In this document: positions 54,742-63,570 of the stretch, one piece after another
How positions within the stretch are numbered: position 1 is the first letter of the stretch
Layout: every line of letters starts with the position of its first letter
Assembly (NCBI GenBank): GCA_039589275.1
Contig: JBDHHP010000012.1
Coordinates: 2,573-66,572 of the forward strand
Origin: Gemmatimonadota bacterium
GTDB lineage: Bacteria > Gemmatimonadota > Gemmatimonadetes > Gemmatimonadales > GWC2-71-9
DNA length: 64,000 nt
Reading direction: 5' to 3'
The notes under the pieces: model-generated
Told to the model about the DNA's origin: nothing
Seen by the model: the letters and a program-made list of their open reading frames with translations, nothing else
Databases searched by the model: none
Made by a program: the position numbers and the translations under genes

Positions 54742-56787
54742 ATGACAACACTCGGACAATTGGCGCTGTGGCTGGCGCTGCTGATCGCAGCGTGGGGCAG
54801 CGCAGTCGGTGTTTACGGAGGGCTGACTACTCGCCCCGAGTTGATACAGAGCGCCCGCCGCAGTAGCTACGCCCTGTTCGGCATCGTCTCCGTGGCCTCG
54901 GTTTGCCTGATAGTCGCGCTGCTCCGTCACGACTTCAACGTCCAATACGTGTGGTCGTACACCAGTCGCAATCTCCCGACCCCTTATGTGCTCTCGGCCT
55001 TTTATGGCGGACAGTCGGGCAGCTTGCTGTTCTGGGCGTTCGTACTGACCATGTTTGCGGCTGCCGCGCAATGGCTCACTCCGAGGCGATACGACCATCT
55101 AATGCCGTATGTCGCGGCCGTCACCTCTGCGGTAACGCTGTTCTTTGTGGCGGTTGTGCTGTTCGCGTCCAATCCGTTCGAGCGTCTGCCCTTCACGCCT
55201 CCCGACGGCAACGGTCTCAACCCGCAATTGCAGAACCCTGGAATGGTGGTGCACCCGCCGATGCTGTACCTGGGTTATATCAGCATCACAATTCCATTCG
55301 CGTTTGCGGTTGCCGCTCTCATCACGAAGCGGCTTGATACGGGATGGCTGCACGCCATCCGACGCTGGACACTCGTCTCCTGGATATTCCTTTCGGTCGG
55401 AATCGTTCTCGGCATGTGGTGGGCTTATGTGGAGCTGGGTTGGGGCGGCTACTGGGCCTGGGATCCGGTGGAGAATGCCAGCTTCCTGCCCTGGCTCACC
55501 ATGACTGCCTTTCTCCATTCGGTCATGATTCAGGAGAAGCGCGGCATGCTGAAGAAGTGGAACATGGTTCTCATAGTCTTGAGTTTCATGTTGTCAATCT
55601 TCGGTACCTTCATCACACGCAGCGGGATCATCTCCAGCGTGCATTCGTTCGCGCAGTCGTCGGTCGGATACTTCTTCTTGGTCTTCCTGGTGGCATCCGC
55701 GATCGCCCTCGCGTGGCTGATCTGGTCCCGACTACCATACCTCGAACCGGAAGCTCAGCTCGAGAGCATGGTGTCGCGCGAGGCGAGCTTCCTGTTCAAC
55801 AACCTACTGTTGGTTGGAATGGCTTTTTCGGTGCTGTGGGGCACCCTGTTTCCGATCATATCTGAGCTGGTTCGGGGATCTCAGGTGACCGTCGGGCCGC
55901 CATTCTTCAACCAGGTCAACATACCGATAGGGTTGGCTTTGCTGGGGTTAACCGGAGTGGGACCGCTAATTGCCTGGCGCAAGGCAAGTACGAGGAACCT
56001 GCAACGCCAGTTCACTGGACCGGTGCTCGGTGCGCTGGTTGTGGTCGCGATACTCATGGCCATTGGCCTGCGTGATTTCTACGCGACGATAGCGCTTGCG
56101 CTTTGCGCCTTCGTGACAACCACGGTCAGTCAGGAGTTCCTGCGTGGGGTAGGTGCGCGGCACCGGTTGCACGGTGAGAACTACGCTGTTGCCCTTGCCC
56201 GGCTAGTGGGCCGCAACAGACGACGCTATGGAGGTTATATCGTCCACGTTGGGATCGTGATCATGTTCGTGGGCTTCACTGGTGCCGCGTTCAAGAAGGA
56301 GATGGAGGCGTCGCTCAGACCGGGGGAGTCGGTGACGCTGCGGTCGGCGTTCGGTTACGACTATACCTTCACTCACGTCGGCGTATCTCAATACGAACAG
56401 CTAAACCGGTTTGTGTCTGCCGCGAGTGTCGAAGTGGCTCGCGGTGATTCGCGGCTCGGCATCATGACGAGTGAGAAGCGCCAATACTGGAACTCGTTCC
56501 AAGAACCGACGTTCCAACCGGCCACTGAGGCTGCGATTGAAAGCGGCTTAAGGGAGGACGTGTACATTGTGTTCGCCGGCGCGGTCGAAGGTACGGAGGA
56601 GGCAGTCTACAGGTTCACACTGAATCCGCTGGTGTGGTGGCTGTGGTTTGGTGGTGTCGTGTTGGTCATCGGTGGCGTTGTAACGATGTGGCCCGGAGGA
56701 GGTCCCACTCGCGCTTCACTGCGGCGGGCTGGTGTAGGCGGCTACCAGGTTCAATTGGTCGACAGAGAGGCCAAGGCGAGTGTCTGA
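54742..56787 (+). CDS. ccmF: Cytochrome c-type biogenesis protein CcmF (haem lyase/handling)
   Basis: 681 aa, polytopic. WWD motif GWGGYWAWDPVENASFLPWL. Confidence 0.93.
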   Translation: MTTLGQLALWLALLIAAWGSAVGVYGGLTTRPELIQSARRSSYALFGIVSVASVCLIVALLRHDFNVQYVWSYTSRNLPTPYVLSAFYGGQSGSLLFWAFVLTMFAAAAQWLTPRRYDHLMPYVAAVTSAVTLFFVAVVLFASNPFERLPFTPPDGNGLNPQLQNPGMVVHPPMLYLGYISITIPFAFAVAALITKRLDTGWLHAIRRWTLVSWIFLSVGIVLGMWWAYVELGWGGYWAWDPVENASFLPWLTMTAFLHSVMIQEKRGMLKKWNMVLIVLSFMLSIFGTFITRSGIISSVHSFAQSSVGYFFLVFLVASAIALAWLIWSRLPYLEPEAQLESMVSREASFLFNNLLLVGMAFSVLWGTLFPIISELVRGSQVTVGPPFFNQVNIPIGLALLGLTGVGPLIAWRKASTRNLQRQFTGPVLGALVVVAILMAIGLRDFYATIALALCAFVTTTVSQEFLRGVGARHRLHGENYAVALARLVGRNRRRYGGYIVHVGIVIMFVGFTGAAFKKEMEASLRPGESVTLRSAFGYDYTFTHVGVSQYEQLNRFVSAASVEVARGDSRLGIMTSEKRQYWNSFQEPTFQPATEAAIESGLREDVYIVFAGAVEGTEEAVYRFTLNPLVWWLWFGGVVLVIGGVVTMWPGGGPTRASLRRAGVGGYQVQLVDREAKASV

Positions 56788-57364
56788 CCTCGATTCCGTA
56801 TCGCGCCGGGACCTGCTGGCACTTGCAGCGGCGTTCTTGCCGTCGTCGCTGACTCAGGGCACGGGGCAAGGCGATTCCGGGATCGGCAGGCTGCCGCGGC
56901 CAGGTATGGCGGGGATGTCCCGGGAACGCATCACAGATTATGAGAATGATCCTCTCATAATCGGAATCGAGGAGCGGTTGCGGTGCACCTGCGGCTGCAA
57001 CCTCGATGTGTATACCTGTAGGACCACCGACTTCACTTGCCAGACCTCGCCGGCGATGCACCGTGAGGTAGTGGGTCTCGTTGAGCAGGGCCTGAGCTCT
57101 CAAGAGGTGCTCGACGAGTTCGTTGCGCGTCACGGTGAGCTTGTATTGATGGCGCCGCGCAAAGAAGGGTTCAATATCCTTGGTTACGTTCTGCCGGGCA
57201 CGGCCATTTCGGCGGTTGGAATAGCTATGCTGTGGATCTTGGCCCGACGTACCAGGTATGGGAATCCGATCGTGGCCGATGGTGCCCGTGAGACAGACGG
57301 GCTCAACATGTCGAGCGGCGATGCTGAAAGGCTGAAGGCTGAGCTGGCTGACTTGGACAATTGA
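56780..57364 (+). CDS. CcmH-like protein with atypical Cys motif and Tat-like signal
   Basis: GTG start overlaps the ccmF end. N-terminal SRRDLLALAAAF. LRCTCGCNLDVYTC replaces the canonical LRCxxC. CcmH-like EVVGLVEQGLSSQEVLDEFVARHGELVLMAP is followed by a TM helix. Confidence 0.7.
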   Translation: MSDLDSVSRRDLLALAAAFLPSSLTQGTGQGDSGIGRLPRPGMAGMSRERITDYENDPLIIGIEERLRCTCGCNLDVYTCRTTDFTCQTSPAMHREVVGLVEQGLSSQEVLDEFVARHGELVLMAPRKEGFNILGYVLPGTAISAVGIAMLWILARRTRYGNPIVADGARETDGLNMSSGDAERLKAELADLDN

Positions 57365-57367
57365 GAA

Positions 57368-57811
57368 ATGGCTGAACTACTAGCCGGGATCTTTGTTGCA
57401 CTGGCGGCGTTGGCTTTGGTTCTGGAGCCGCTCCTCAGGCCGGCGCGGGCATACGCCGCGCATGGACAGCCGTCTGTGCTTGATGATATCGACTTCACGG
57501 ACCCGCAGGAATCCGATTCCCCTAAGGTCCGGGCACTGATGGCCCTCAAAGAGATTGAGTTCGACCGGGCCACGGGCAAGCTGTCTGATGACGATTACGC
57601 CACCCTCAAGGCGAGATACTCAGCAGTGGCGTTGGCAGCCATAAAGGCAGAGGATGAGATAAACGAACCGGACGCCCGCCCGGAGCAAGACCCCGCCGAA
57701 GCCGCCATCGAACGAGCGCGCGGTCAGGCCAAGTATTGCCCCGAGTGCGGCACCAAGCTGCCAGCGGTCGCAAGGTTCTGCGGCGAATGCGGTACAAAGG
57801 CGGGTCAGTAG
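57368..57811 (+). CDS. CcmI-N-terminal-like membrane protein with C-terminal zinc ribbon
   Basis: N-terminal TM helix (LLAGIFVALAALALVLEPLL), then EIEFDRATGKLSDDDYATLKARY typical of the CcmI/CycH N-domain, and a C-terminal YCPECGTKLPAVARFCGECGTK. Confidence 0.6.
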   Translation: MAELLAGIFVALAALALVLEPLLRPARAYAAHGQPSVLDDIDFTDPQESDSPKVRALMALKEIEFDRATGKLSDDDYATLKARYSAVALAAIKAEDEINEPDARPEQDPAEAAIERARGQAKYCPECGTKLPAVARFCGECGTKAGQ

Positions 57812-58025
57812 GCTCACAATCACTGACCCTCGTGCCCGTGATCCCGCGCACGTCATCACGCTGGTTCCCATCACAGAAAAGCCTCTCGCCTCCCCTTAGG
57901 TTGTCTGTCGTATCAAGACCTACGCTCGTGTCCGTGTGTGATCCTGGTCACAGTTCTAGCGTCGGCGCTTCGGCGCGCAGGCCACGCGAGCATCGTAGCG
58001 ACGGGATTCTGAACTGGAGGAGACA

Positions 58026-58988
58026 ATGCTGAGTAGACGTCTAGCTGCAGTGCTCGCCGCCGGAGTGTTTGGCATAACGGCTTGCAGCGACAGCCTTGGG
58101 CCGGGTAACGCGTCAGAAGAGGAGCGGCAGGAAATCCTCAGCCTACTCGATGAGTCAGGCTTCTTCGCGGACGACTTCGGACTGACAGGTGCCAATGACG
58201 GGTCGACCGCAGCGAGCGCATCGATGGCCTTGGTCGCCGAGCCCGGTGCGGCCGAGGTTGCTGCGCCGAGGATTTGGGGTCGCCGACGTGGGATGCCGGT
58301 GAGCCGCGTGATAACTGTTGACGTAGACAGGCAAACGAGTATCGCAACAGCCTCCAAAGAGGTTTCGTTTGAAGGCCGTTTCTTGCTCGACATCACGGCG
58401 GATGAGCAGGTGAATCCCACTGGAAAGTCACTAGAGGAAACGCTGGTTCAGTATGCGACCTTCCGTCGCGTACCAGCAGACCAGGCTGACCAACAGGGCC
58501 GACGCTGGCGCCTGATCGATATTTCGCCAGCCGAGTGGATGATGACGGCAGAGGCAAAGCGTACTGTCAACCTGACCAAGGTCGAAGTGTGGGTCAACGA
58601 AGAACTACAACTAGAGGTGACCGACCCGAGCGCCCTGCTTGACCTGGACACGAGAATCCCGCAACTGGAGCTTGAGAACTACGTGACGGTGCGGGCGTGG
58701 GTCGAAAACAGTCTGGACAATGAGAACGTGCCCGACACGTTCGTCTTCCTGCATTTGTTCCACGCGAGCCCGAACGCACGCGGGTGGTTAAGGTTGCCAA
58801 TGGAACAGGTGGAAGGTGACATGGGTGTGTACTACGAGCGTTCCTGGATGGTGCGCCACGCCGGAAGATCCCGTATCTCCGTGGATGCCATTGACGCTCA
58901 GGCCTTCTCTACGGACTCAGGAGATGACTACAGGGCCAGCATATGGGGCATCCCGTATCGCATCAACAATCCTCTGGCGGCGCAGTAG
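58026..58988 (+). CDS. Hypothetical lipoprotein
   Basis: GGAGGAGACA lies upstream of ATG 58026. Lipobox GITAC. 320 aa with no recognisable motifs. Confidence 0.65.
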   Translation: MLSRRLAAVLAAGVFGITACSDSLGPGNASEEERQEILSLLDESGFFADDFGLTGANDGSTAASASMALVAEPGAAEVAAPRIWGRRRGMPVSRVITVDVDRQTSIATASKEVSFEGRFLLDITADEQVNPTGKSLEETLVQYATFRRVPADQADQQGRRWRLIDISPAEWMMTAEAKRTVNLTKVEVWVNEELQLEVTDPSALLDLDTRIPQLELENYVTVRAWVENSLDNENVPDTFVFLHLFHASPNARGWLRLPMEQVEGDMGVYYERSWMVRHAGRSRISVDAIDAQAFSTDSGDDYRASIWGIPYRINNPLAAQ

Positions 58989-59085
58989 CGAGCCCTGATT
59001 GGGGAGACATTTCAACAAAACGAGCCGGGGCAGCGCATGCAGCTCCGGCTCTCCTTTATGGTGGTTTGAGACGCTTGCGTGGTGG

Positions 59086-60771
59086 TCAGAACTCGAACTG
59101 CTCCATGCGGCGGAGTCCCACTCTGAGCGGGATCACTGTGGCGGCGAGGCAGATCAGCGCAGCAGCTGCGAACGACAACAGCATTCTGGCGTCGATACTG
59201 ACTGTCTCGCCTTGGAAAACGCCCCGCAAGTAGACGGACACAGGTATCGCCTCAACGACGATCACCACTGCCAACAAGGCGATGGTGGACATCATGAAGA
59301 CGAGTCCGCCATACGAGGTGGGTATTTGGGCTGCGTTTTCCGTTTCGAACTGCGGGTAGATCGCGCCGAAGCCCAGTGCCATCGCGCCGATGGCAAGGGT
59401 AAGCAGGATGATGGTCACGACTCCTACACCCATCATGAACGGGGAGACCTTGAGTAATACGTTCGTGAATACCGTGATCCCGAGGGCGAGGACCAATAGC
59501 GGCACAGTACCGATCCAGTACTTGGACCACAGTAGCGCTCGAAGATCCAAAGGACTGGAGCGCAGCAACCACATCTGCCGCCCTTCGAGCGAGATCGACG
59601 GGAATATGAAACGAGCGGCTATCGACGCCAGGACGAAGCCCGCCAAACCGAGATTCAGGAACGAGATCACTGTGACCATAACGAATGGGACTCGCTCTCC
59701 GGAGAACAGAGGCAGTGCCCTGATGTTGAACAAGTAGATCACCACTAGGACTGCGAGGAGGATCAGCTGGCTCCACTGAGTCGTGTCCCGGAAGAACAGC
59801 TTCAGATCCTTCACAACAAATTCACGTCTGGCAATGGACATCCCCTTGAATACTGGATCGAAAAGGACACGCCAGATCCACCCCTTCACGAACCGCTCCG
59901 ATCCCTCCTGAGCTCGAGTGAATCCCCGCGGATACAAACCACGGTGCACAAGGGCTCCTGCCACGACGAACGCAGCCGCAGTGCTCCAGAGCATGATGAG
60001 TGGAAAGCCGTCGTTGGGTCCCACCAAGAACCCCATCAAGCAGTCGGTTGCCCATTCGCTTGGCAGGTACGGCGCCGTTGGAGTGCGTAGTAGCGTGATG
60101 AAGTCCAACAGGTTGGTAAAACCTTCTGGGCGGGCCAGTTGCTCAGGGCGCACCATCCTGAACAGGAGCACCAACACGCCTGCCGCACCAACAGCAATTA
60201 CCGACAGCAGATCCCGGGTTCGCCGCGCCGGGAAGACGTTGACCAGAATCAACGTAGTTGCGCTCCCGACCACCGCTGGCACCACGAGTAACGGCGCAAA
60301 GACCAATACGGTGAAGAACGGGAACAACCAGCCGCCATCATATATCGTTCCGTAGGCGGCAAAGATCGGCACGGCCATCAGCGCTACCATCCAGGAACTG
60401 TGGACCAGAGTCTCGCCGAGCTTGCTCAGGTATAGGTCAAGCCAATCGACCGGAGAGGATACGAGTAGGTCCAGGTCCTTCGCCAGAAAAAAGGATGACA
60501 GCGCGGTGATGACGTTGGAGAGCAATAGGATCGAGAGGAACGACAGCAGAACCAGCCCTAGGAGTTTTCCAGCCAGAAGCGGACCGATCTCCTCGACACC
60601 TCGGAAGTAACGCAGGATCCGATACACGACCCCGAACACACCGAGCCAGAAGATCAGACCGACGCTCGCCATGATCAGCGCGCGGGACCCGCTAGTGCTG
60701 CGCTCTTGCCTGAGCCGAGCAAGCGCGCTGCGCCACTTGGGCGTGAGTATGAGTACGAGCGGCCTGATCAA
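59086..60771 (-). CDS. Polytopic putative ABC-exporter permease
   Basis: 561 aa with at least 10 hydrophobic helices. TTG start overlaps the stop of the upstream ATPase gene (TTGA). Confidence 0.75.
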   Translation of the reverse strand: MIRPLVLILTPKWRSALARLRQERSTSGSRALIMASVGLIFWLGVFGVVYRILRYFRGVEEIGPLLAGKLLGLVLLSFLSILLLSNVITALSSFFLAKDLDLLVSSPVDWLDLYLSKLGETLVHSSWMVALMAVPIFAAYGTIYDGGWLFPFFTVLVFAPLLVVPAVVGSATTLILVNVFPARRTRDLLSVIAVGAAGVLVLLFRMVRPEQLARPEGFTNLLDFITLLRTPTAPYLPSEWATDCLMGFLVGPNDGFPLIMLWSTAAAFVVAGALVHRGLYPRGFTRAQEGSERFVKGWIWRVLFDPVFKGMSIARREFVVKDLKLFFRDTTQWSQLILLAVLVVIYLFNIRALPLFSGERVPFVMVTVISFLNLGLAGFVLASIAARFIFPSISLEGRQMWLLRSSPLDLRALLWSKYWIGTVPLLVLALGITVFTNVLLKVSPFMMGVGVVTIILLTLAIGAMALGFGAIYPQFETENAAQIPTSYGGLVFMMSTIALLAVVIVVEAIPVSVYLRGVFQGETVSIDARMLLSFAAAALICLAATVIPLRVGLRRMEQFEF

Positions 60772-61526
60772 TCCCCTAGCACGGCCGTGAGTTCTCGCAC
60801 GGCCGTCCCTCCGGTGAGCTTCAGGAACAACTCCTCGAGCGAGACGTCACCAGCGGCTGTCTGCCGACGTAGCTCCTCCATCGACCCACACGCAACAATG
60901 TTGCCCTCCTGGATGATTCCGATGCGGTCGCACATCGCCTCGGCAACTTCGAGTGTATGAGTACTCATCAATACAGTGCCGCCGCGGTCGACAAAGCTAC
61001 GGAAGATATCCTTGAGAAGCCGAGCGCCTTTTGGATCGAGACCCACCATGGGCTCGTCCACTACTATGCACTCAGGTCGGTGAATGAGAGCACTGGATAT
61101 TATGAGCTTCTGGCGCATGCCGTGACTGTAGGACTCTACGAGCTCATCCTTCCAGACCGTTAACTCAAACAGATCTAGCAGCTCGTCGATTCTCGATTCA
61201 ACCTTGCTGCCATCTTGATTGTAGAGGCCTGCCACGAATCGAAGAAACTCCGCGCCTGTGAGCTTCTCGTATATGAAGGGCCGGTCCGGTATGAAGCCGA
61301 GCCGCGTCTTCGCCGACATCGGGTCGGTGATCAAGTCGTCCCCGCCAATCCAGATGCGTCCTTGTGTCGGCCGGAGTATGCCTGCAATCATGCGTAGCGT
61401 CGTGGTCTTGCCTGCTCCATTGGGGCCGAGAAACCCGAACAGCTCTCCCCGCGGCACGTGCAGATCGATGTGGTTCACAGCCACGAACTTGCCGTAGGCT
61501 TTGGTCAGTTTCTCAAGTTTGATCAT
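60768..61526 (-). CDS. ABC transporter ATP-binding protein
   Basis: ATG 61526 overlaps the upstream stop (ATGA). Walker A GPNGAGKTT, signature YSHGMRQK, Walker B CIVVDEP. Confidence 0.9.
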   Translation of the reverse strand: MIKLEKLTKAYGKFVAVNHIDLHVPRGELFGFLGPNGAGKTTTLRMIAGILRPTQGRIWIGGDDLITDPMSAKTRLGFIPDRPFIYEKLTGAEFLRFVAGLYNQDGSKVESRIDELLDLFELTVWKDELVESYSHGMRQKLIISSALIHRPECIVVDEPMVGLDPKGARLLKDIFRSFVDRGGTVLMSTHTLEVAEAMCDRIGIIQEGNIVACGSMEELRRQTAAGDVSLEELFLKLTGGTAVRELTAVLGD

Positions 61527-63070
61527 CGCTGTCCGTCCGTCACGATCACTTCCAGTCCGAGGCGTCCTATGAGTCGCAGCAGTTCGACCTGGCGCGCAAG
61601 GCCTCCAGTCGTGAAACGTAAGTGGGAGGCGTCGGCTGGGAACTGCCCGAACGTAGGATCCACGGCCACCCACCCGTTCAGGTACACTTCCGGCCAAGCG
61701 TGATAGTAGAACTGGCCTTCGACGTACACTAGACCCGCCGCCGTCCTCGTGGGCAGGCCGGCAGCACGTGCCAGCGCAACGTACAAAACCGTATGCTCAT
61801 TGCAGTCGCCGCGGCGGCTGTCTAGAACCTCGAGCGCGCTCGGCACACTCAGGGTGATGCGCTTCTCGATGTTCTCGTGTACCCACTCGTTCAGCAGCTC
61901 TGCGGACCGTACCGGGTTCCGCGTCCGGCCCAAAATGCGGCGTGCCTGTGCCTGGATGCGGGCGTCACGGCTCTGCACCAGAAGCTCCGGCTGCAAGAAC
62001 TCGCCCAGTTCCCGTGTTCGCTCCGGAGAGAAGCGCCCGGGATCAGGAGACAGCTGATCGTCCGATTCCCGTCGGACGATCAGCGTGTCACCCTGCAGGG
62101 TCTGGCGTCCTCCGCCCAAGTCGAAGCCCTCGAGTCGGACGCCCGACAGCACGACTCGTAGCTCAGCAAGGTCATTCGTTTGAAGCGGGGCATTTGACGC
62201 CACTGCGGTCTGCCTGATGATGTCTCCGCCCAGCTGCCCCGCCTGAGATGCGCCGCCATGCCGCTGGAAGTTCTCGAACGCGATTTCGAAGGCGGTGCGT
62301 CGCATGCTGAAGCCAACGGGGGAGTCCGCCTCGATCACCTGACCCAACTCGTCAATCCATGCCTCAAGCGACACGCCGCTCACGTTCTGAGCGATGCGCC
62401 AGGCGTGGAGGGTATCCCACCTGGCCGGTACCCACCGCGCGGTTACCGAGTCGAAGGCCGCTGAGTCCGGCACAATCAGAGTCGACTCCGCGGTCACCGA
62501 GACGTCGACGTCCCGCTCCCGCAGGCTCAAAGGGTCGAACAGCCGAATGGCGTAGGTTGCACCGACCTGCGGTTCAGCTCCGAACACGAGGTGCAGCGGT
62601 AACAGGGCCGGTAGCACGATATCCCGTTCGAGGGGGATCTCGACAGTCTGCTGGTTGTCAGCCGTTTCCACGGAAACCGTGAGAAGTGTGTCTCCCGAGA
62701 CCTCGCCGCGCGCGCCGAACCGGACCCCATCTCCTCGCATGACTGCCTGGAAGCTCCTCAACTGCAGGGCCCTTGTGAGCACGGCCTCGGTGCGCGCCTC
62801 GACCCGTTGTACGGTCCCGAGTGCGGGTATCTCGAGCAGCATCACGTCTTGTACCTGGATCGCGTCGGGTAGGGTGTCGACCATGTTGGACGCGAAACCG
62901 ACTTGCTGACCGCCGAGCTCCAGGGTGAAGTATGTCGCGCCCGGCGGTATCCTGAGAGCAGCATCAGCAAGCAGATCCGATCGCGGACGCAAGTACTCAC
63001 GCTTGACGAGCCAGCCGAGTGCGGCCAACCACGCTAGAATTATCGCTATGGCCAGCGTGCTCCGGTTCAC
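61523..63070 (-). CDS. Membrane-anchored transglutaminase-like cysteine-protease-fold protein
   Basis: N-terminal TM helix (LAIAIILAWLAALGWLV). C-terminal core RRGDCNEHTVLYVALARAAGLPTR...YYHAWPEVYLNGWVAVDPT (Cys-His-Asp). GTG start overlaps the macro-gene stop. Confidence 0.85.
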   Translation of the reverse strand: MNRSTLAIAIILAWLAALGWLVKREYLRPRSDLLADAALRIPPGATYFTLELGGQQVGFASNMVDTLPDAIQVQDVMLLEIPALGTVQRVEARTEAVLTRALQLRSFQAVMRGDGVRFGARGEVSGDTLLTVSVETADNQQTVEIPLERDIVLPALLPLHLVFGAEPQVGATYAIRLFDPLSLRERDVDVSVTAESTLIVPDSAAFDSVTARWVPARWDTLHAWRIAQNVSGVSLEAWIDELGQVIEADSPVGFSMRRTAFEIAFENFQRHGGASQAGQLGGDIIRQTAVASNAPLQTNDLAELRVVLSGVRLEGFDLGGGRQTLQGDTLIVRRESDDQLSPDPGRFSPERTRELGEFLQPELLVQSRDARIQAQARRILGRTRNPVRSAELLNEWVHENIEKRITLSVPSALEVLDSRRGDCNEHTVLYVALARAAGLPTRTAAGLVYVEGQFYYHAWPEVYLNGWVAVDPTFGQFPADASHLRFTTGGLARQVELLRLIGRLGLEVIVTDGQR

Positions 63071-63570
63071 TGTGGCAGCCTCTTTAGGTATGCCTGAAAA
63101 ACGGCCCGGTCCTCCTCAGTGTCTACTACTATACGCACTTCCCTGGGATAAATGGCCGTTGCCATAGCCCTCCCCAGCACGTCCACCATAGCCTCTGCTG
63201 CGACGTCCACATCCAGATTGCCTGCCCCGGTGCCCATTGGCGGTATCACAACCGAGGCCAGCTGCCAGTCTCCGGCGCGCTGCAGGGCACTGGTAAGCGC
63301 TCGTCTGACGCTGTCTGCGGTCACTGGCTGCAATGCGCTGCAAATCACTGCGTGCACCACGAATTCTGCAGTCAGGTCTCCTGCTCCCGTGACTACAGCA
63401 GAGCCTACCGCGAGTTCCTGATGGGTCGCCAGCTGGTTCCAGAGTGTGGGGCCTCCGACTTGCTCGAGGCGGCTGAGAGATGCCGATGTTGGCTCGAGGG
63501 AGGCGGTGGCTGGACGGATCACCGCGTCCGCGGACACGAACGCGAGGTCGTCCACCACAACACGTATCAC
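63067..63570 (-). CDS. Divergent macro-domain protein
   Basis: Macro-like pattern: DDLAFVSADAVIRPA...GSAVVTGAGDLTAEFVVHAVI...VVIPPMGTGAGNL. It lacks the canonical NAAN and GGG(V) motifs. GTG start overlaps the upstream stop (GTGA). Confidence 0.7.
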   Translation of the reverse strand: MIRVVVDDLAFVSADAVIRPATASLEPTSASLSRLEQVGGPTLWNQLATHQELAVGSAVVTGAGDLTAEFVVHAVICSALQPVTADSVRRALTSALQRAGDWQLASVVIPPMGTGAGNLDVDVAAEAMVDVLGRAMATAIYPREVRIVVDTEEDRAVFQAYLKRLPQ

